Shown: positions 23,279-38,192, numbered from the stretch's first letter. The stretch is 64,000 bases of DNA from Octopus vulgaris (GCA_951406725.2 OX597819.1:76074001-76138000), one strand, 5' to 3'. Made by a program: numbers and translations. The notes: a model not told the origin generated them from the sequence alone.

Positions 23279-25274
23279 ATATATATATACATATACTTTT
23301 TCTGCAGCATTATTATGATTTTTAATTTATCAAATTGTTCAGAAAGATATAAAATTCACTCGCTGACGGCACAATAAAAGATATGAAATAACCTAATCGA
23401 TAGTAGCAGTTGCTCAATAAGTTGCAATGCCAAACATTAATCGGTCTTTTGTTGATAAATAAAGCAAGATGTCCGAACATAATAACAGTATATTTTGTCG
23501 ATCAAAGTCAGGCTCATAATATATTTTGACTCCTCCCTGTGTTGCACAATTGTAGTTGTTCGTATTGTCGTTGATTTGGTTTAACTCTATGCCTATGATG
23601 TTCTAGTAAGCACGAAATTTTCGTGTTAAGATACTCTGCTACATCCTCGCCCATATAGCATCAAGGACGATATTTAACGAGTCCCTTATTTGAATAAAGT
23701 GCGTAGTCTTAGGACTCTTCAAACTACAATTTCTTATCGGGTTTGTGATAACGTACGACTGCTTCTTTATTGTAAATATACAGGCATCTTCTCTATAAAA
23801 ACGAATGGGATTTTTCCGCAGTGCTTTTTACCCTAATATTTACACGCTATAATTTAAAACTATACTTACTTTCAGTTTCATATTCCAATGAAAAAGAATT
23901 ATTTCCTTGAAGTTCATTAATTCTTATGACGAATACTATGCATAATTGTCGTAAATCCAAAATTTTTCATTTTCAGAAAATGAAAAAAAGTTTCACCATT
24001 CTATTTCTTTTTACATTAACAACTGTTTCAGCTTAACAATGATACTTTGCTGGGTGCAGAAAGTCGTACCTCCCAGCATGTATGATATTTTCAGTCAGAA
24101 ATATATTTGCAAAACTGTAGCATGTGGTACTTACAACACTTAAAAAAAATGCTAAATCGTTGTACTACACTTTGAAAATTTTCATATCTTGGCATGCCAA
24201 GCAACAGGAGATACGATAGTTTGACCAAAAAAAAAAACGGTGATTGCAAGCAACATTTAATATTGAAAAAAGAAACGCATTTCGCCAAATTTGTACACAG
24301 GACAGTTTAACATAATAGCAAATATAAAATTCTCGCTGGTAAGCATGAAGCTTCTAAAATGCTTAATGAAATTCGAAAGATTAATTTGGTCCAATGGAAG
24401 AATCTTTGTCATGCTTACAGTAGTATGGGCTCATGCCCACAGGCAGACTTCAACGTGATCTAGCCAAAGGGTTTTTAAATTTATTATTTACTCGCTAATA
24501 TTTATAGTTTTATCTAGTCCAAAAACACAAAATCTTTTACATTCTCTCGAAGTTTATAAATTCTTATGACGTCAACACTATATTCATGCGTATATATATA
24601 TATATATATATATACATATTCCAAGTATGTTTTATCGTAATAATTACGATGTGCACTCTTCTATCTTTACTCTCTCTTCTCTGTCTATCTCCCTTTCTGG
24701 TTTTCTCTCTCACCTTTCCCTATTCTTCTCCTTTCCTCTTTACCATTCCCTCTCTCTCTCTCACTCCGCCTCCTCGACTCTCTCGTCACTGACACGTGAC
24801 GAAAGAGAATCTATCTTTCTGCCCACTACCTTCGTAAAGACAAAATGTAATTATACTGTCTCCTTCATAAGCTCGTCTTCCTAGCGTTCATATTAACGTT
24901 TCTATCGTATTGGCCTAACAGCCCTCACTGTTTGTTTTTACTGCTCTTTCTCACTGTCCTGTTCTTGTTACCACTTTCACTCTCCGCAAAAAATCCCAAA
25001 TTTTATTTAATTTGCTTTGCGGAAAGGACTGTTGCAACGAAGTCGCGTTTTGTCCTTGCCTTCAAAACGCTGAGTAGACGAAACAGGGACAACTTATGAA
25101 GGGGAATATTCTTTATGTTGCACATCTCGTTTCTCTACTTGTTTGTTTTCTTCTTCGTTGTTCGAAAAAAGTTCGTTTCTATGTTTTTGTTTTAGCTTTC
25201 GTTTCTCATTTTGTTCAACGGATTTTTGAAGTCCTGTACCAATATATGCTTGTATATATTCATATATATGTATG

Positions 25275-25338
<64 letters not shown>

Positions 25339-25820
25339 AATAGGTCTATTTACGTCCATATGTTTATTAAGAATATATTATATTCACTCAGAACCTATAG
25401 TATTAACAAATATTACGCCATGTTTTAATATTTTCAGAAATTGATAGAATCAATTATTTTAATTGCTTATTGGTCAATGTTTATCACTATGATCAAAGCA
25501 CTTAGCTCTCAAGAGGTATAGTGCTCTTAATTTTAAGTAGTTGCAACATGCATGTTAAGCATAATAATGACAGTATCTATATATTTCTAGAGATTTCAAA
25601 TTTGTATGTTTCCGTGGATTTCAAATCGACGTCGAATACGAGTAATTGAGGGGGAATATGTACCCGTACAGCTTAAGCCAGGTAGATATTGTATTCTAGT
25701 AAATTCATAAGTGAATTTGATTATGATCTAGGGGTATTTGTTCATATATATATATATATTATCTGTTGGTTATACAATGAAAAAGTGTGACATTAATGAA
25801 TAGTCTATTAGTAACTATTA

Positions 25821-26030
25821 TCTATTATATAAAATCCGTTCTGTCTTGTCTGTGTGTGTGTCTTCTAGGATCTCGGGCATCCTCCATCCGATTGCGCTCA
25901 AATTTGATATGTAGATACCGACGTTATCAGGGCATGTATGAGTCTTGAAAAATTTACAAAAATCGATTCCAGGTGAGAATGCGATCGATATAGCCGTGGG
26001 AAAGTGCATTTGTAAAATCGTTTTCTTGGA
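25821..26030 (+). mobile_element. Possible non-autonomous Helitron-type 5' end
   Basis: TCTATTATATAAAATCCG followed by a (TG)/(TGTC) tract and ccgattgcgctcaaattt, resembling Helitron/Helentron non-autonomous 5' regions; no 3' end identified. Confidence 0.35.
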
Positions 26031-26880
26031 ATAGAAAAAAAACTCTATCTTTATTTCTTCTTTCGCTGGTGTCTCAAATTTAGGTTAAATCTGTATTTCT
26101 CAAATGGGAGGCTTATGGGACGGTCGGACATGTTTTTTTGAGAAAATTTAGTTTAAATGTTTGACAACTCAGCACCGTCCATTTGCTACGATGTTTTGCT
26201 CATCTTATATAAATGTGTAATATCTGTAGGTACGCCTAATGTAAAAAACAACGCAATCGAAGATGGAGAAATAGGTGATGGGTGCGTATGCCCTATTTCA
26301 GGATTTCTTGCTCCTTCATCAACATCATATCCAACACATTAACCAAGTACGAACTCATTGCTTAAATAGCCACTAAGTATAGCAGTGTAATATTATCGTA
26401 TATACCAATTTTACATATTAAACACATTCCTGGCAGCTTGTATGCACATGACTTGTAGCGGCACTGCGTTTCGTTATGCAGCCATAATATACTACACTGT
26501 ATATTAAACGCTTTATAAATCAACACTGTATCCTACTTGTGTTAGCAGTGCTATTAAATCACATATTAAGGCTGTCTTAACAGATCTATAGAAATTATAG
26601 CCAGTACTGATTTGCTACGATGTTTCATCTCCGAATACGTCTAAATGTAAGCACAATTGTAGTATATTTTGATTGCATAACAAAATACGGTGTACCTACA
26701 AGTAATTTATATGGAGAAAAATTTTGCCACTATTTTATCTAAACTTTTCGTAATAATGTTGCAAATTGCTGAAAATAAAAATTGAATAACGTCTGAAATG
26801 TAAATGTAAATAAATCTCATACTATTTGGATCGCATTGCCTTTTCAACTTCAATAGATGTATCAGTTTCAGTGTTTACAC

Positions 26881-27292
26881 TTAACTGTAACAATCATTGG
26901 ACTGCGGTTGTGTTGGAACATTGCCTTGAAAGATGTTGTTGAACAAATCGACGCCAACTCTTGTTTTACGTCTGGTAGGTACTCTATCTGAGTTTTGACG
27001 AACTGCTAAGTTACGCGGATGTAAAAAAGCCAACACCAGTTTTAAGCTTTGCAGAGGAGGACAAACGCAAATATAAATACTAAAACACACATACACTCAT
27101 ATACACACACATACATTTGCGACCAGCTTCTCACAGTTTCCGTTTACCAAATTCACTAGAAGTCATAGGTTGGCCCGCGACTGTAGAAGAGATTTAGAAG
27201 ACGACACTTGCAAGAAAGTATGGTGCAATTTGACTGATCCCGAAACCATATAATTGCAAGGCGAACCTTTTAACCAGACAACTATGCTTACA
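26881..27292 (-). mobile_element. SINE family B, near full length, diverged
   Basis: Minus strand has head (ggttaaaaggttcgcc...ggtttcgggatc), cttgcaagtgtc core and the 3' part matching 8583-8780. Confidence 0.75.
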
Positions 27293-27859
27293 CCTACTTT
27301 ATATAATGTATAATAACAATAAGCTGCGTGTGATTATGCCTTGACTAATAGCATTCTATAGTTCATTATAGGTTTTGCTTATGTTTATGCACAATACACT
27401 CCTGTTTTAGCAAAATTATAGACTCGTTCCTGCCGTTCAGCACATTAACTAAATTTTATTTCCGATAAACAAAATAGATGAAGAAACATCACACGCGAGG
27501 AACCAATTTCAGTTTAAAATAATGTTCCTTTTTTAGAATTTTTGCTCCTTTAGATTCTTTGTGGTGGATCTACTCAATATGTCATTTAAATTCTTATCTC
27601 TGCGATAAAGTTAGCTATAATATAATAATTAAATAATGATTGAGTACGTGTGTTGAATCACATTAAACAGAACATTTTTTAATGTTAGGAAATATTTTCC
27701 ATAAAAATGTAGCATGTATACAAGTAAACAAACAAAATAGTAACAGCGAACCATAATTACGAGAACAATATAAATATTTAAACAAAAAGCATAGCTTCAA
27801 GAGCGGCAATAGGAAGAATACTCTCAATAACTGTCCAAAGAACAGCACACGCACGCACG

Positions 27860-27890
<31 letters not shown>

Positions 27891-27906
27891 GCACACACAC
27901 ACACAG

Positions 27907-27937
<31 letters not shown>

Positions 27938-28059
27938 CACATACACACAAACACATACACACACACACACAGGGATCAAGGCTAGGAAGTTAGTGAGCTT
28001 CAAGCAATCCGTTTCAAAAATATAATAATAAACCAATTTTAGGAACAATGGTGGTTTGT

Positions 28060-28330
28060 TCACGCAGAAGGTTGCGAATTTTTGCCGTAGCGAAATCTGA
28101 TTTTCAGGCAGGATGTTTCATCTCTTTCAATTTGTTTGTGAAGGCGATTTGAAATTTTTTTCGCCAACTCATAAGAATTTTCCTCTCCCTGGCGATTTTG
28201 TTCTTGTGTACAGTGGCCTTTCTCTCCGGAATAAATTTGTAGCATATGAATTGCATTACAGACCTGAATTGTCGAAGTTTCATGTCGATGTCCGGTGAGC
28301 AGAGACATTTAGGCTTGTTTTGTTTGAAGA
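28060..28330 (-). mobile_element. Possible mariner N-terminal (HTH) relic
   Basis: Frameshifted RSVMQF... / SYELAKK(F) resembling the mariner R.VIKF / YEW.KRF motifs. Confidence 0.35.
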
Positions 28331-28485
28331 TCTCTTTCTCAATTTGTTTTCAGTTTCTAGTCGCCTTGCCAAGACTCTCTACTTCCCTTTGTGTTGTACT
28401 GCGTGCATACAATCAGCCGGTCTCTTTGTTTCCATTCTAGTTATTTGATATCGTCAGTTGACAAACATCTCTGACGGGCTCTCTC

Positions 28486-28579
<94 letters not shown>

Positions 28580-28767
28580 CTTCAACAGTTCCTGTCAGGA
28601 AGGTCTTGAGCTGCGACTCGTGTCACATCGTATGTTCGAAATATAAATTCTTGGACTTGACAATTGGTGTTTTTGGACTTTCATCTTTTCTAGCTTTTAC
28701 AAAAATTGGCATAAAGCATAAATGCATAAATGCGCAAATACACTCCATTCTTTGCTTATAAGTCACT

Positions 28768-29146
28768 CATATAAACACACTCAAAATCTTTTTTATCAAT
28801 CGTCAACTACATTATGACATGTTTCCTTCAGCTACCCACACTGTTGTTACACCTGAAAAGGAATACGGGATGATATTGGCATTTGAGGAATATATCTTTA
28901 ATATTTATCACTTTTAGATAACAGGAAACTTTTATACAGAAAAAGTGCAACTCTGTTTATAAAAGCCAAACTCCAGCCAGATGCGAGACATATAAATGCA
29001 CTCAAAACTTTCTTATCAATCGTCAACTACCTTTTGGTCTGTGACCATCAGCCACTCACACTATTTTCACACCTGAAAACGAATACTGGATGATAATAGC
29101 GTTTAAGGTATATATCATTAATATTTATCATTTTTGGATAAAAGGA
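28768..29146. repeat. Diverged tandem duplication, period about 220 bp
   Basis: catataaa.gcactcaaaa...ttatcaatcgtcaactac...acacctgaaaa.gaatac..gatgata...taatatttatca occurs at ~28768 and ~28989. Confidence 0.8.
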
Positions 29147-29149
29147 AGA

Positions 29150-29935
29150 AGCCGCCGTTTTGGAGGATCGCCTCATATCTATTCGGAAACTAGCTCAAGA
29201 AGTGAAAATAAGTGTAGGGTCCGTGGAGAAAATCATTAACGACCATTTGCATAGGCTGAAGTTGTCTGTACGATGGACTACTGGGATGCTCACACCTTTT
29301 TGGAAGCATGAATGAGACAATTGCTCCCACGCTGTTTTGGCAATGCCCAAGAAAACGAGGAGGGTTTTTTCGGCAGACTTATCACACAGACAATTTGAAA
29401 CATGGATCCATCCCTATGATCCTAAGACTAAAGTTTAGTCGATGTAATGGAAACATGATAACTTACCACCTCCAAAGATGGCGAGTGTCCAATTCTCAAC
29501 AGGCAAGGAAATTATCACAGTCTTTTGGGACCAACGCGTAGTAGTGATGATGGATTTCTGGTAAAGGGCACAACAATTAACGGGACATATTATGCTTCTT
29601 TGCAGCAGTAATCGTGGGACGTTATGGAAACAGAGAGGCGTGGTATGCTGACCAAAGGAGACTGCTTCCTCCAAGACAACGCCCGAATTCACAATGCGTA
29701 TGTTGCCCAGCTGAAAGCACACTCCTACGGCTACGAAATCCTTCCTCATCACACTTACTTTCCCGACCTCCCACACAAAATCGACTTCCACCTCTTTACA
29801 ACCATGAGGTCTTTTTTGAAGGGAAAGTAATTTTCGGATGATGATGAAGCTATTTCCAAGATACAATCTTGGCTCCAGACGCAACCCACCGACTTCTAAA
29901 GACGAGATTTTCACAGCTGCATAACGCGTAAGGCT
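29150..29935 (+). mobile_element. Decayed mariner (DD34D-type) transposase
   Basis: LEDRLISIRKLAQEVKISVGSVEKIINDHL..LKLSVRW; TVFWD; LQDNARIH; YEILPHHTYFPDL...DFHLF. Confidence 0.85.
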
Positions 29936-30321
29936 TCGTTTCCACATGCGCCATCTTGATTCAATTCGTTCTTAGTCGAAAGATACCTTTTGTTATGCCC
30001 TGTTATTATTTTTATTGTATTTTTATCGTATTTATATTTGTGTAACATTGTCCGTTTTTTCTGTCCTTGTTTTTGCGTACATTCGCTGCTTTCTTCCAAG
30101 GAATCTAATGATATTAGCTTAGTTTTTCCTTGGGGCTTGCCAGATTTGAGCAATCTCAAGAATAATCAGCCGAAATTGCGAGGATAATCTAGTGCTTGAC
30201 TGAAGAAAGAAAACTTCGATTGACCCGCCCTTGTTTTCTTTGTATCGTCTATCTGGATGTTTTGTTGTCCCTTTTTGTATCACGTAGCTTTCCGGATGGT
30301 TTGCGTTCTCGTCTTATTTTG

Positions 30322-30428
<107 letters not shown>

Positions 30429-30465
30429 AACATACATACATACATACATACACACACACACACCT

Positions 30466-30523
<58 letters not shown>

Positions 30524-31889
30524 GTAAAAATTATTAAAGTAATTTATTACCAGTGGTCCGCATGTTTGATAAAAATCATAAGACGTAAAATGTTTGTTGA
30601 TAAGAGAAGACCATCGATAGGACTTCTTACGTCCTGGAAAGGGCCCTGCCCTTCGTGTTTTTATACACTCTTATAAACAAATACACACACACAAACACAA
30701 CGCGAGTGTGTTGCTTTTCCTTTGATATTTTCCATAGCAAATACGTAACGCTAGCTTTTATAGACAGAGAGCAATGAAATAAGTGAAAGGAGTGACAGAC
30801 TGGCATGAGCACTGAGAACAATATAATCGACTACGTAAACACTTGAATGTAAAACCCCTGTATGGCTGTTCTCTAATGACTGAAACCAGTAATATATTAC
30901 TTCATAATGGTCATCAATATACTAGTTGACTCTCATCATTACTGGTCAAATAACATTCCAATCTCGTAGTTTGTAATAGCTTTTTTTACCGTAGCAATAT
31001 CGGAAAGTAACTATCTACACTGAAATTGGGTTTTAACAAATCCATAGCTATTGTTAATCAGTCATTACTTCAACGCTCCCATTCTCTATAATATTTGTTT
31101 TTCAATTCGCTTTTCAACCTTTCTCAATATAAATATATGTAAGACAGCAAATCATACTAGTCTGTCAAACTATTTGCTTCTCTTTCTGTGTAGACTTCAG
31201 TCCATTAGTATTTTATTTCCATTATCTCTTGAACTACTGATTTCTCATCATACATTTTAGACATTAGTCATTCTGTTCTTTTTTTTGTGATAACCCTTTA
31301 CTTTTTAGTGATTCACTCTGGTTTTTCTCCTTTCTCTTCTTTTATTCCCGCTCTTTTCTCTTTCTCTTTCACTTTTGTTATCACGCTCTTCCTATGCTAT
31401 TAGTATTATGCAATTCTTGTATATGTAACAGACATGTCGACAACACGCCCTCAAAAGACCTATTTTTGGAAGAAGAAGAAAAGAAAAATGATCAACAACG
31501 GAAAAGGCCATTTTTGAACGTTCTATGTTCATTAATGAGGAGCATTCAACGAGGTGAATAAACATTCTTTCAAGTCGAGAAGCTTAGATATATATAAAAG
31601 TCTGGCAGCCATTACCAATCTATTTAGAGTCCAATAAGGATATGTTGGAATTATATTTTATTGTCGTAAACATGGTGGTGACAACGAACTACAATAACAG
31701 CTCACAAATCAGCTATACATCTCAGTAGTTTCGCATTGTGTAAGGTGAGTCTACAATTCTCGATTCAATATATTTGCTTCTCATATATATGATATTTGAT
31801 AAAAAAAATGTGTTTCCGGTTTTCTGAAAAATAATACAATGTGAAATTAGTTATTTTTCAGTGGAGCATAGAACACTTCATACTTGCCG

Positions 31890-32368
31890 AGACAATGATG
31901 AATGTATACTGACATATATGTACATGGCTCGATATTCATTGGTACAATAATGATATATATTTAAGAATTTAGTATTTTACTGATACATTCGCATAGTTTA
32001 TATTTGACCCCTTAAAAATGCTAAATAGTAATAATTAGCTAGTAAGGTGAAGAGACTGATAAATATTGTTTCAATATTTTCCTGTAAAAATACAGTATAT
32101 TAAAATGTAAATTCAAATATGAAATAAAAGCAGCGCTAGTATTGTAAACATTATCGAACACACGCATCGTCCGGACATACAAACAAATGATTTTTTTTAC
32201 ACTATTTGCATATAGACAATGATGAATGGATACTGACATATATGTACGTGGCTCGATATTCCTTGGTGCAATAATGATATATATTTAAGAATTTAGTATT
32301 TTACTGATACATTCGCATAGTTTATATTTGACCCCTAAAAATGCTAAATAGTAATAATTAGCTAGTAA
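31890..32368. repeat. ~155-bp near-identical direct repeat (31890-32046 / 32213-32368) around a ~165-bp spacer
   Basis: gacaatgatgaatg...aatgctaaatagtaataattagctagtaag is duplicated. Confidence 0.9.
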
Positions 32369-33534
32369 GATGAATTGAGTGTGATAATTAAAATATAAAC
32401 TGACAGACTGACGCATTAAAGATAGGTCCGGTACCAAGAGCTGATTCTATGCATGCAACTCAATACAGAGAGAACTGGAGAGTCTTGGCAAGCCGAACAC
32501 TGAATACAAGTACTGCTTCTGGCTGATAGCTAATGATATCTTACTTTATAAAAAATATGGCATTGTCATAGTTGGAACATTTTATAATAACTGAGTTTGA
32601 AACGAAATACCATCGGTTGCAATAACCTCTATATGTTCAGTCAACCTGCCAGAAATAGCAGCAAAATCCCCTTCAAATTACATACGAACAGTTAAAAATG
32701 AAGGAAGGGGTACTGTGGATGATGTTCGCCTAAACATACTACGACTGTTGGTAGGAGGAGATGATTACATCTGTAATACGTGCATGCCATCATTTCTCTA
32801 CTCGATGGGATTTGAGCCGGAACTAAACACATTCACCGTACCACCACCACCGCCACCACTGCTGCCGCCACCTCCACCACCATCACCACCACCAACAACA
32901 ACAATAACAACAACAGCAGCGGCAGCAGGAACAGAAAGATGAACAACACTGATTCTGGAAACCAAACCTTTAACTGCAACTAGCTCTGTCATTTATGAAT
33001 AAAATTCGACGTGCTTGGTATGTTTATAAGATAAATATAAAGATAAATACAAAGCACTTTCTTTGCCAGTCATCTAACATCAATTGACCTCAGAGTTATA
33101 TATGTGTCTACTACAGTAGACGACTACGAACTTCTTAATTGGAGATCGATATCTCTATGAGATTCTGTGGATCAAAATTTAATTTATTTTACGAATATTC
33201 ATCAGTATTCCTATGATCGATATTGGAAAATGTATACCCTAGGATAGATAAACAACTCCACATTCATAATCATGTACATGTAAATAAATAGACACTTATT
33301 CATCATTATCATATATCAATATGCTAGTCTATGTAACATATTTTTTGCTCCTGCAAAAAGATTTCCCCATTACACGCACGCACGTATACAGACTAAAAAC
33401 TAAATAATTACATAAACATATATTTATATCTATGTAAGTCTGTCTGTCTGCCTGCTTACGTATGTATTGATCTGTATGCATGTATATACATATATATATC
33501 TATCAATCTATGTATGTACGGCTATACATATTCT

Positions 33535-33975
33535 ACTGATAGAAATGGTGAGACGACAAAAGAATGAAAGATACCTTGATATAATGTAAATAGAGGAGTT
33601 TGCCTGTAAATATAGTATGTTACAATTAATTATTCGGTAGGCATGATAAAACTCCGAGTCCCGGATGTCGGGGTGGAAGCCCACGCCGGCATCGGGCCAT
33701 CAAAAAATGCTATGAAAATGACCGTTAAACAAAGGGAAATTACTGTGTGATTGACCGTTATTAAGACAAAAGTTCTATTACTTAGCGGTCATTCAAATAG
33801 CTCTTTTGTCTTAATAACGGCCAATCACACAGTAATTACCCTTTGTTTAACGGTCATTTTCATAGCATTTTTTTCGATGGCCCGATAACTGAAGAGATGC
33901 CGGCGTGGGTTTCCACCCCGACATCCGAAACTCGGAGTTTTATCATGGCTCCCGAATGTCACACATTATATTTAC

Positions 33976-33977
<2 letters not shown>
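33535..33977. mobile_element. Palindromic non-autonomous PLE-like element: arms 33604-33779 / 33796-33977, tail on the left arm, ending in (TA)n
   Basis: About 180-bp inverted repeat with a 16-nt spacer; hammerhead in the right arm. Confidence 0.82.
33884..33944 (+). ncRNA. Type-I hammerhead ribozyme
   Basis: gataa-CTGAAGA-gatgccggcgtgg gttt ccaccccgacatc-c-GAAAC-T cgg A-GTT-ttatc; 5-bp stem I and long stem II. Confidence 0.8.
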
Positions 33978-34046
<69 letters not shown>

Positions 34047-34320
34047 TGTGTGTGTGTGTTATTTAGAAGAATTTGATTCGGTTCTATGCAACTTAAAGTT
34101 TCGAAGGCTCGTCTCTTTCAGGTTTCAGATTTCCGAATAGAAAGATACATGAAGTCCAAGATAGCTACCGGATGCCTGCGAAACTTCAACTCGCATGAAA
34201 CCGAATCAAACTGTTTTCTTTCTGAATAATACATGTACTTCCAAATAAATATGCTGATTGCCCTCTCATGTGTTCACTCATTCGTGTATACATACATACA
34301 TACATACATACACACGCATC

Positions 34321-34434
<114 letters not shown>

Positions 34435-35009
34435 TACCCTCCTTCTTCCCTTCTTTCCTGAGCGTCCAATAATACTTTATTTGTTCCACGTCCTCGCGTT
34501 GTTGTGTTTTTTTGTTTTTTTGTGTTTTCTTGTTTGGATTAACTATATATATATACATATATATATATATATGTATACGTGTTTATATACTCACATATGC
34601 ATTTACATCTGTATATCACTGTCTGTATACAAGTATACATGCACCTGTGTATCAGTGCCTGCATACACGTGTATATCACTTGTCTGCATGCTTACCTATC
34701 TGTCTTTGTTTATCTGTAGTGAATGTAAAAATACTCATCACAAAACAAAGACTTCTATATAGAGGTTTGACTTGCTAGACATAATAGCTAATTCCCCATC
34801 ACGTAATTCTGTATTGTTTTTTAAATAAAAGAGACGTTTATACTGATGATCATATAGTCCTGGATACATAATACAGGAGGCAAGTCATTGAGGATAGTGC
34901 TCCGTTTGACCGGCTTTGATTTAGTAATAATTGACAGGTTGGAGCTGCTATATATGTCAGCAAACTTTCCCTTTAATCACATTCTGCTGATATTAGATTA
35001 ATTATAACG

Positions 35010-35114
35010 ATCATTATCATCATGATCATCATGATCATCATCATCATGATCATCATGATCATGATCAGCATCATGATCATCATGATCATCATCATCATGA
35101 TCATCATCATCATG

Positions 35115-35172
<58 letters not shown>
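35010..35172. repeat. (ATC)n/(ATG) compound microsatellite
   Basis: Direct reading. Confidence 0.95.
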
Positions 35173-35228
35173 ATAGTTGTGGCAGTAATATTGGTAGTAA
35201 TATTTGTAGTAATAATAATAATAATAAT

Positions 35229-35890
35229 AGTCGCATCTGCGATAGAATGGATGAAACCATTGCCCATATCATGAACGAATGCCCTAGACTTGCCCCAAAC
35301 CACTACAAGTTGTGACGACACAACCAGGTAGCAAAAGTGGTACACTGGAAACTGTGCGAAAGTGGGGACTAGTGAGAGGCAAGACGTAGTATGAGCACAG
35401 ACCGCAGAGTGTGGCAGAGACTGAGACCAGCAAATCCTCTGGGATTTCCCAGCCCAAACAGATTAGGTTTTAGAGCATAACAGACCGGACCTAGTGGTGG
35501 TGGATAAGGTGCACCACATATGCTGTATAATTGATGTTGCATGCCACTTTGGCCCACGAATAGTCATGAAGGAAGGCGAAAAGATAGATAGGTACAACTT
35601 TCTTAAGTACGCAATAGCCCGGCTATGGAAAATGAAGAAGGTGAAGATAGTGCCAATTATTGTTAGATCCTTAGGAACAGTATCAGGCAGCATCAAGTGG
35701 AATATAAACTCAATTGGAAAAGAGTGCCCAGCAGAACTGTTTCAAAAGTTTTGTCTCCTTGGCACGGTCAGAATTATCAGGAACGTATACGACAGCTGAA
35801 AAGAACGAATGGCATGGTACAGTAGGCTGCAGTAGTAAGCCCGCTACGCATGCAAGACTCCAGTAGCTCCAACAAAACCTGTGATAAAGA
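35229..35890 (+). mobile_element. R4/Dong-clade non-LTR retrotransposon 3' fragment (CCHC and RLE), flanked by (TAA)n
   Basis: RICDRMDETIAHIMNEC..LA...Y..*RHNQVAKVVHWKLC...ILWDF..QTD....HNRPDLVVVDK....IIDVAC...K...Y..L......LW....V.IVPIIV..LG; (AAT)n on both sides. Confidence 0.85.
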
Positions 35891-35910
35891 GATAATAATA
35901 ATAATGATAT

Positions 35911-36119
<209 letters not shown>

Positions 36120-36127
36120 ATAATAAT

Positions 36128-36565
36128 TTAAGACAAGGAAAAATTACTTGTAGACTAATAGATGTAAGTGTTCCCACTGGAATTTGACAAATTAAGTAGA
36201 TATAAGGACCTAGAAATTGAAATACAAAAGATGTGGCATCTTAAAGCAAGAAATGTTCCTGTTATTGTAGGTATGATAAAAAAGGATCTCAGAACCATCT
36301 AGCCAACATCCCAGGAGAACCATGTCTCAAGGAATTCCAAAAGATTGTGCTGACAGTTACTGCCCACATTCTTAGGAAAACTGTATCAATTAAAATTTCC
36401 GTGTTGCATTACATGAAGATATTTCGCTACTACTTCTGCCGCTGTCTCTTCGTTTCCCTTCCCCAAGCTTTTGGTCAAACTGTAACATCTCTTATCCTTC
36501 AATCTCCCTGGGACACTGGGTGGGTCTCGGCAACTGATTGTAACAAACATGCAGATTAAAGGTAA
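36128..36565 (+). mobile_element. Second, different R4/Dong-like 3' fragment
   Basis: TCRLIDVSVP...KLSRYKDLEIEIQKMWHLKARNVPVIVG...EFQKIVLTVTAHILRK; preceded by (TAA)n. Confidence 0.8.
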
Positions 36566-37350
36566 ATAACAATATTAATAAATAAAGAAGACAAAGAAAA
36601 AGGAGGAGGAGGAAGAGAAGTGCTGATGAGGGTGATGAAGAAGATGAAGGAAAAGAAGACTAAAATGAGGAAGAGAGGAGGACGAGAGTATCTACTACAC
36701 CAATTGTTTTTGTGTTTCATATTGATCTTTCGTTACATACTTTTCAACACTAAGATATGTACAGTCGAAACAAAGTAATAAAAAAAAAAACCTCCGAGAG
36801 TCATATATACCTTGATAACGGATGTTCTATCGACATAAATAAAATATGTAAGTAAATCCTTCAGGTGCATAAGATTGATACTGAATTCCGGTTCCATAGC
36901 ATTAAATTGGAAAAATAAATAAATTTGTAAGTTTATCTCAAGAAAGAATCTCCGGGAATGAGTTTAAATCATAATACACTAAAATAAAAAGGGAACTCCT
37001 ACGGACAAAGCAAAACTCATGACATATGAAGTGGTAGTTCATATGTGTATTACGCCAGTCTATACTTCTGCATCGATCTACAGTTGATGAAACAAAATGA
37101 CAGCTGTTAAAGGAAAGCGCTTCACGAATTCGGGTCACGTGGTGTGATAGCAATAGTGATAGTATGCTTTCACTTGTCCTACTTAGCAGATCTCGGGATT
37201 TCGGAGAGCGAAATTGGATAGGAAGAAATATTAAGTAAAGAGAAATGGGAAAATATTTTTTTGGAGTTTCTATTTCTGATGATTGGTTGCCTTTTTGTCT
37301 CTCAAACAGACACACATTCAAAATATATATATTCACGTAAATGTAAGAAC

Positions 37351-37430
<80 letters not shown>

Positions 37431-38124
37431 ACACACACACAACACACACACATATGCATGCAGGTATGTGTGTGTATACATAGACATATATATATATATG
37501 TGTATGTGCATGCAAACAAGCATATGTGCATGTGTGTGTATATGCAGACGTGGTTATGTAGTAACAAGTTTCTTTCGTAACCACATAGTTCTGGGTTCAG
37601 TTCTGATGCGTGGTACCTTGGGAAGTGTCTTTTACTATAGCCTGGTATGTACGTGTGTGTGTGTTTATGCGTTTAGACACATAGATACATAGGCACACAC
37701 ATGTACACCCAGAACCATGCTTAGGAGTGAAATTTAGGATTACTTGTTTTTCTATGAATCGATTTTGATAAAACATTTCCCAGCTGTTTTGACTCTATGA
37801 CAAGTGTTTGTCGTTTCTCTCTTCGAATATCACCCCGTCTTCCCCAATCTCTCTCTTTTCTTCCTTCCCTCCAAGTTCTCTCTATAACGACGTTTGACAC
37901 CTTCCACTCTCATACCCTCTCAGCCTTCGCCGTCTCTCTGTCACTCTTTCTCCCACCACCTCTCTCACTGTACGTCTCTCCGTATCTATAGACAGAAAGC
38001 GTTGACAGCCGGAAAAGTTTAAATATTCCCTCCACAGGTCTTTTAGAGTGGTGAATTATTATCGCCCACCACCACCACACATCATAACAGATATCATTAA
38101 TTAGATATATTGTGTTAATCTATA

Positions 38125-38176
<52 letters not shown>

Positions 38177-38192
38177 ATATATATATTCAATA

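Noticed and set aside
23500-23850. Minus-strand YMGEDVAEYL resembling Polinton DNA polymerase B YRGEDA
   Set aside because: A single short motif amid stops; insufficient without a search.
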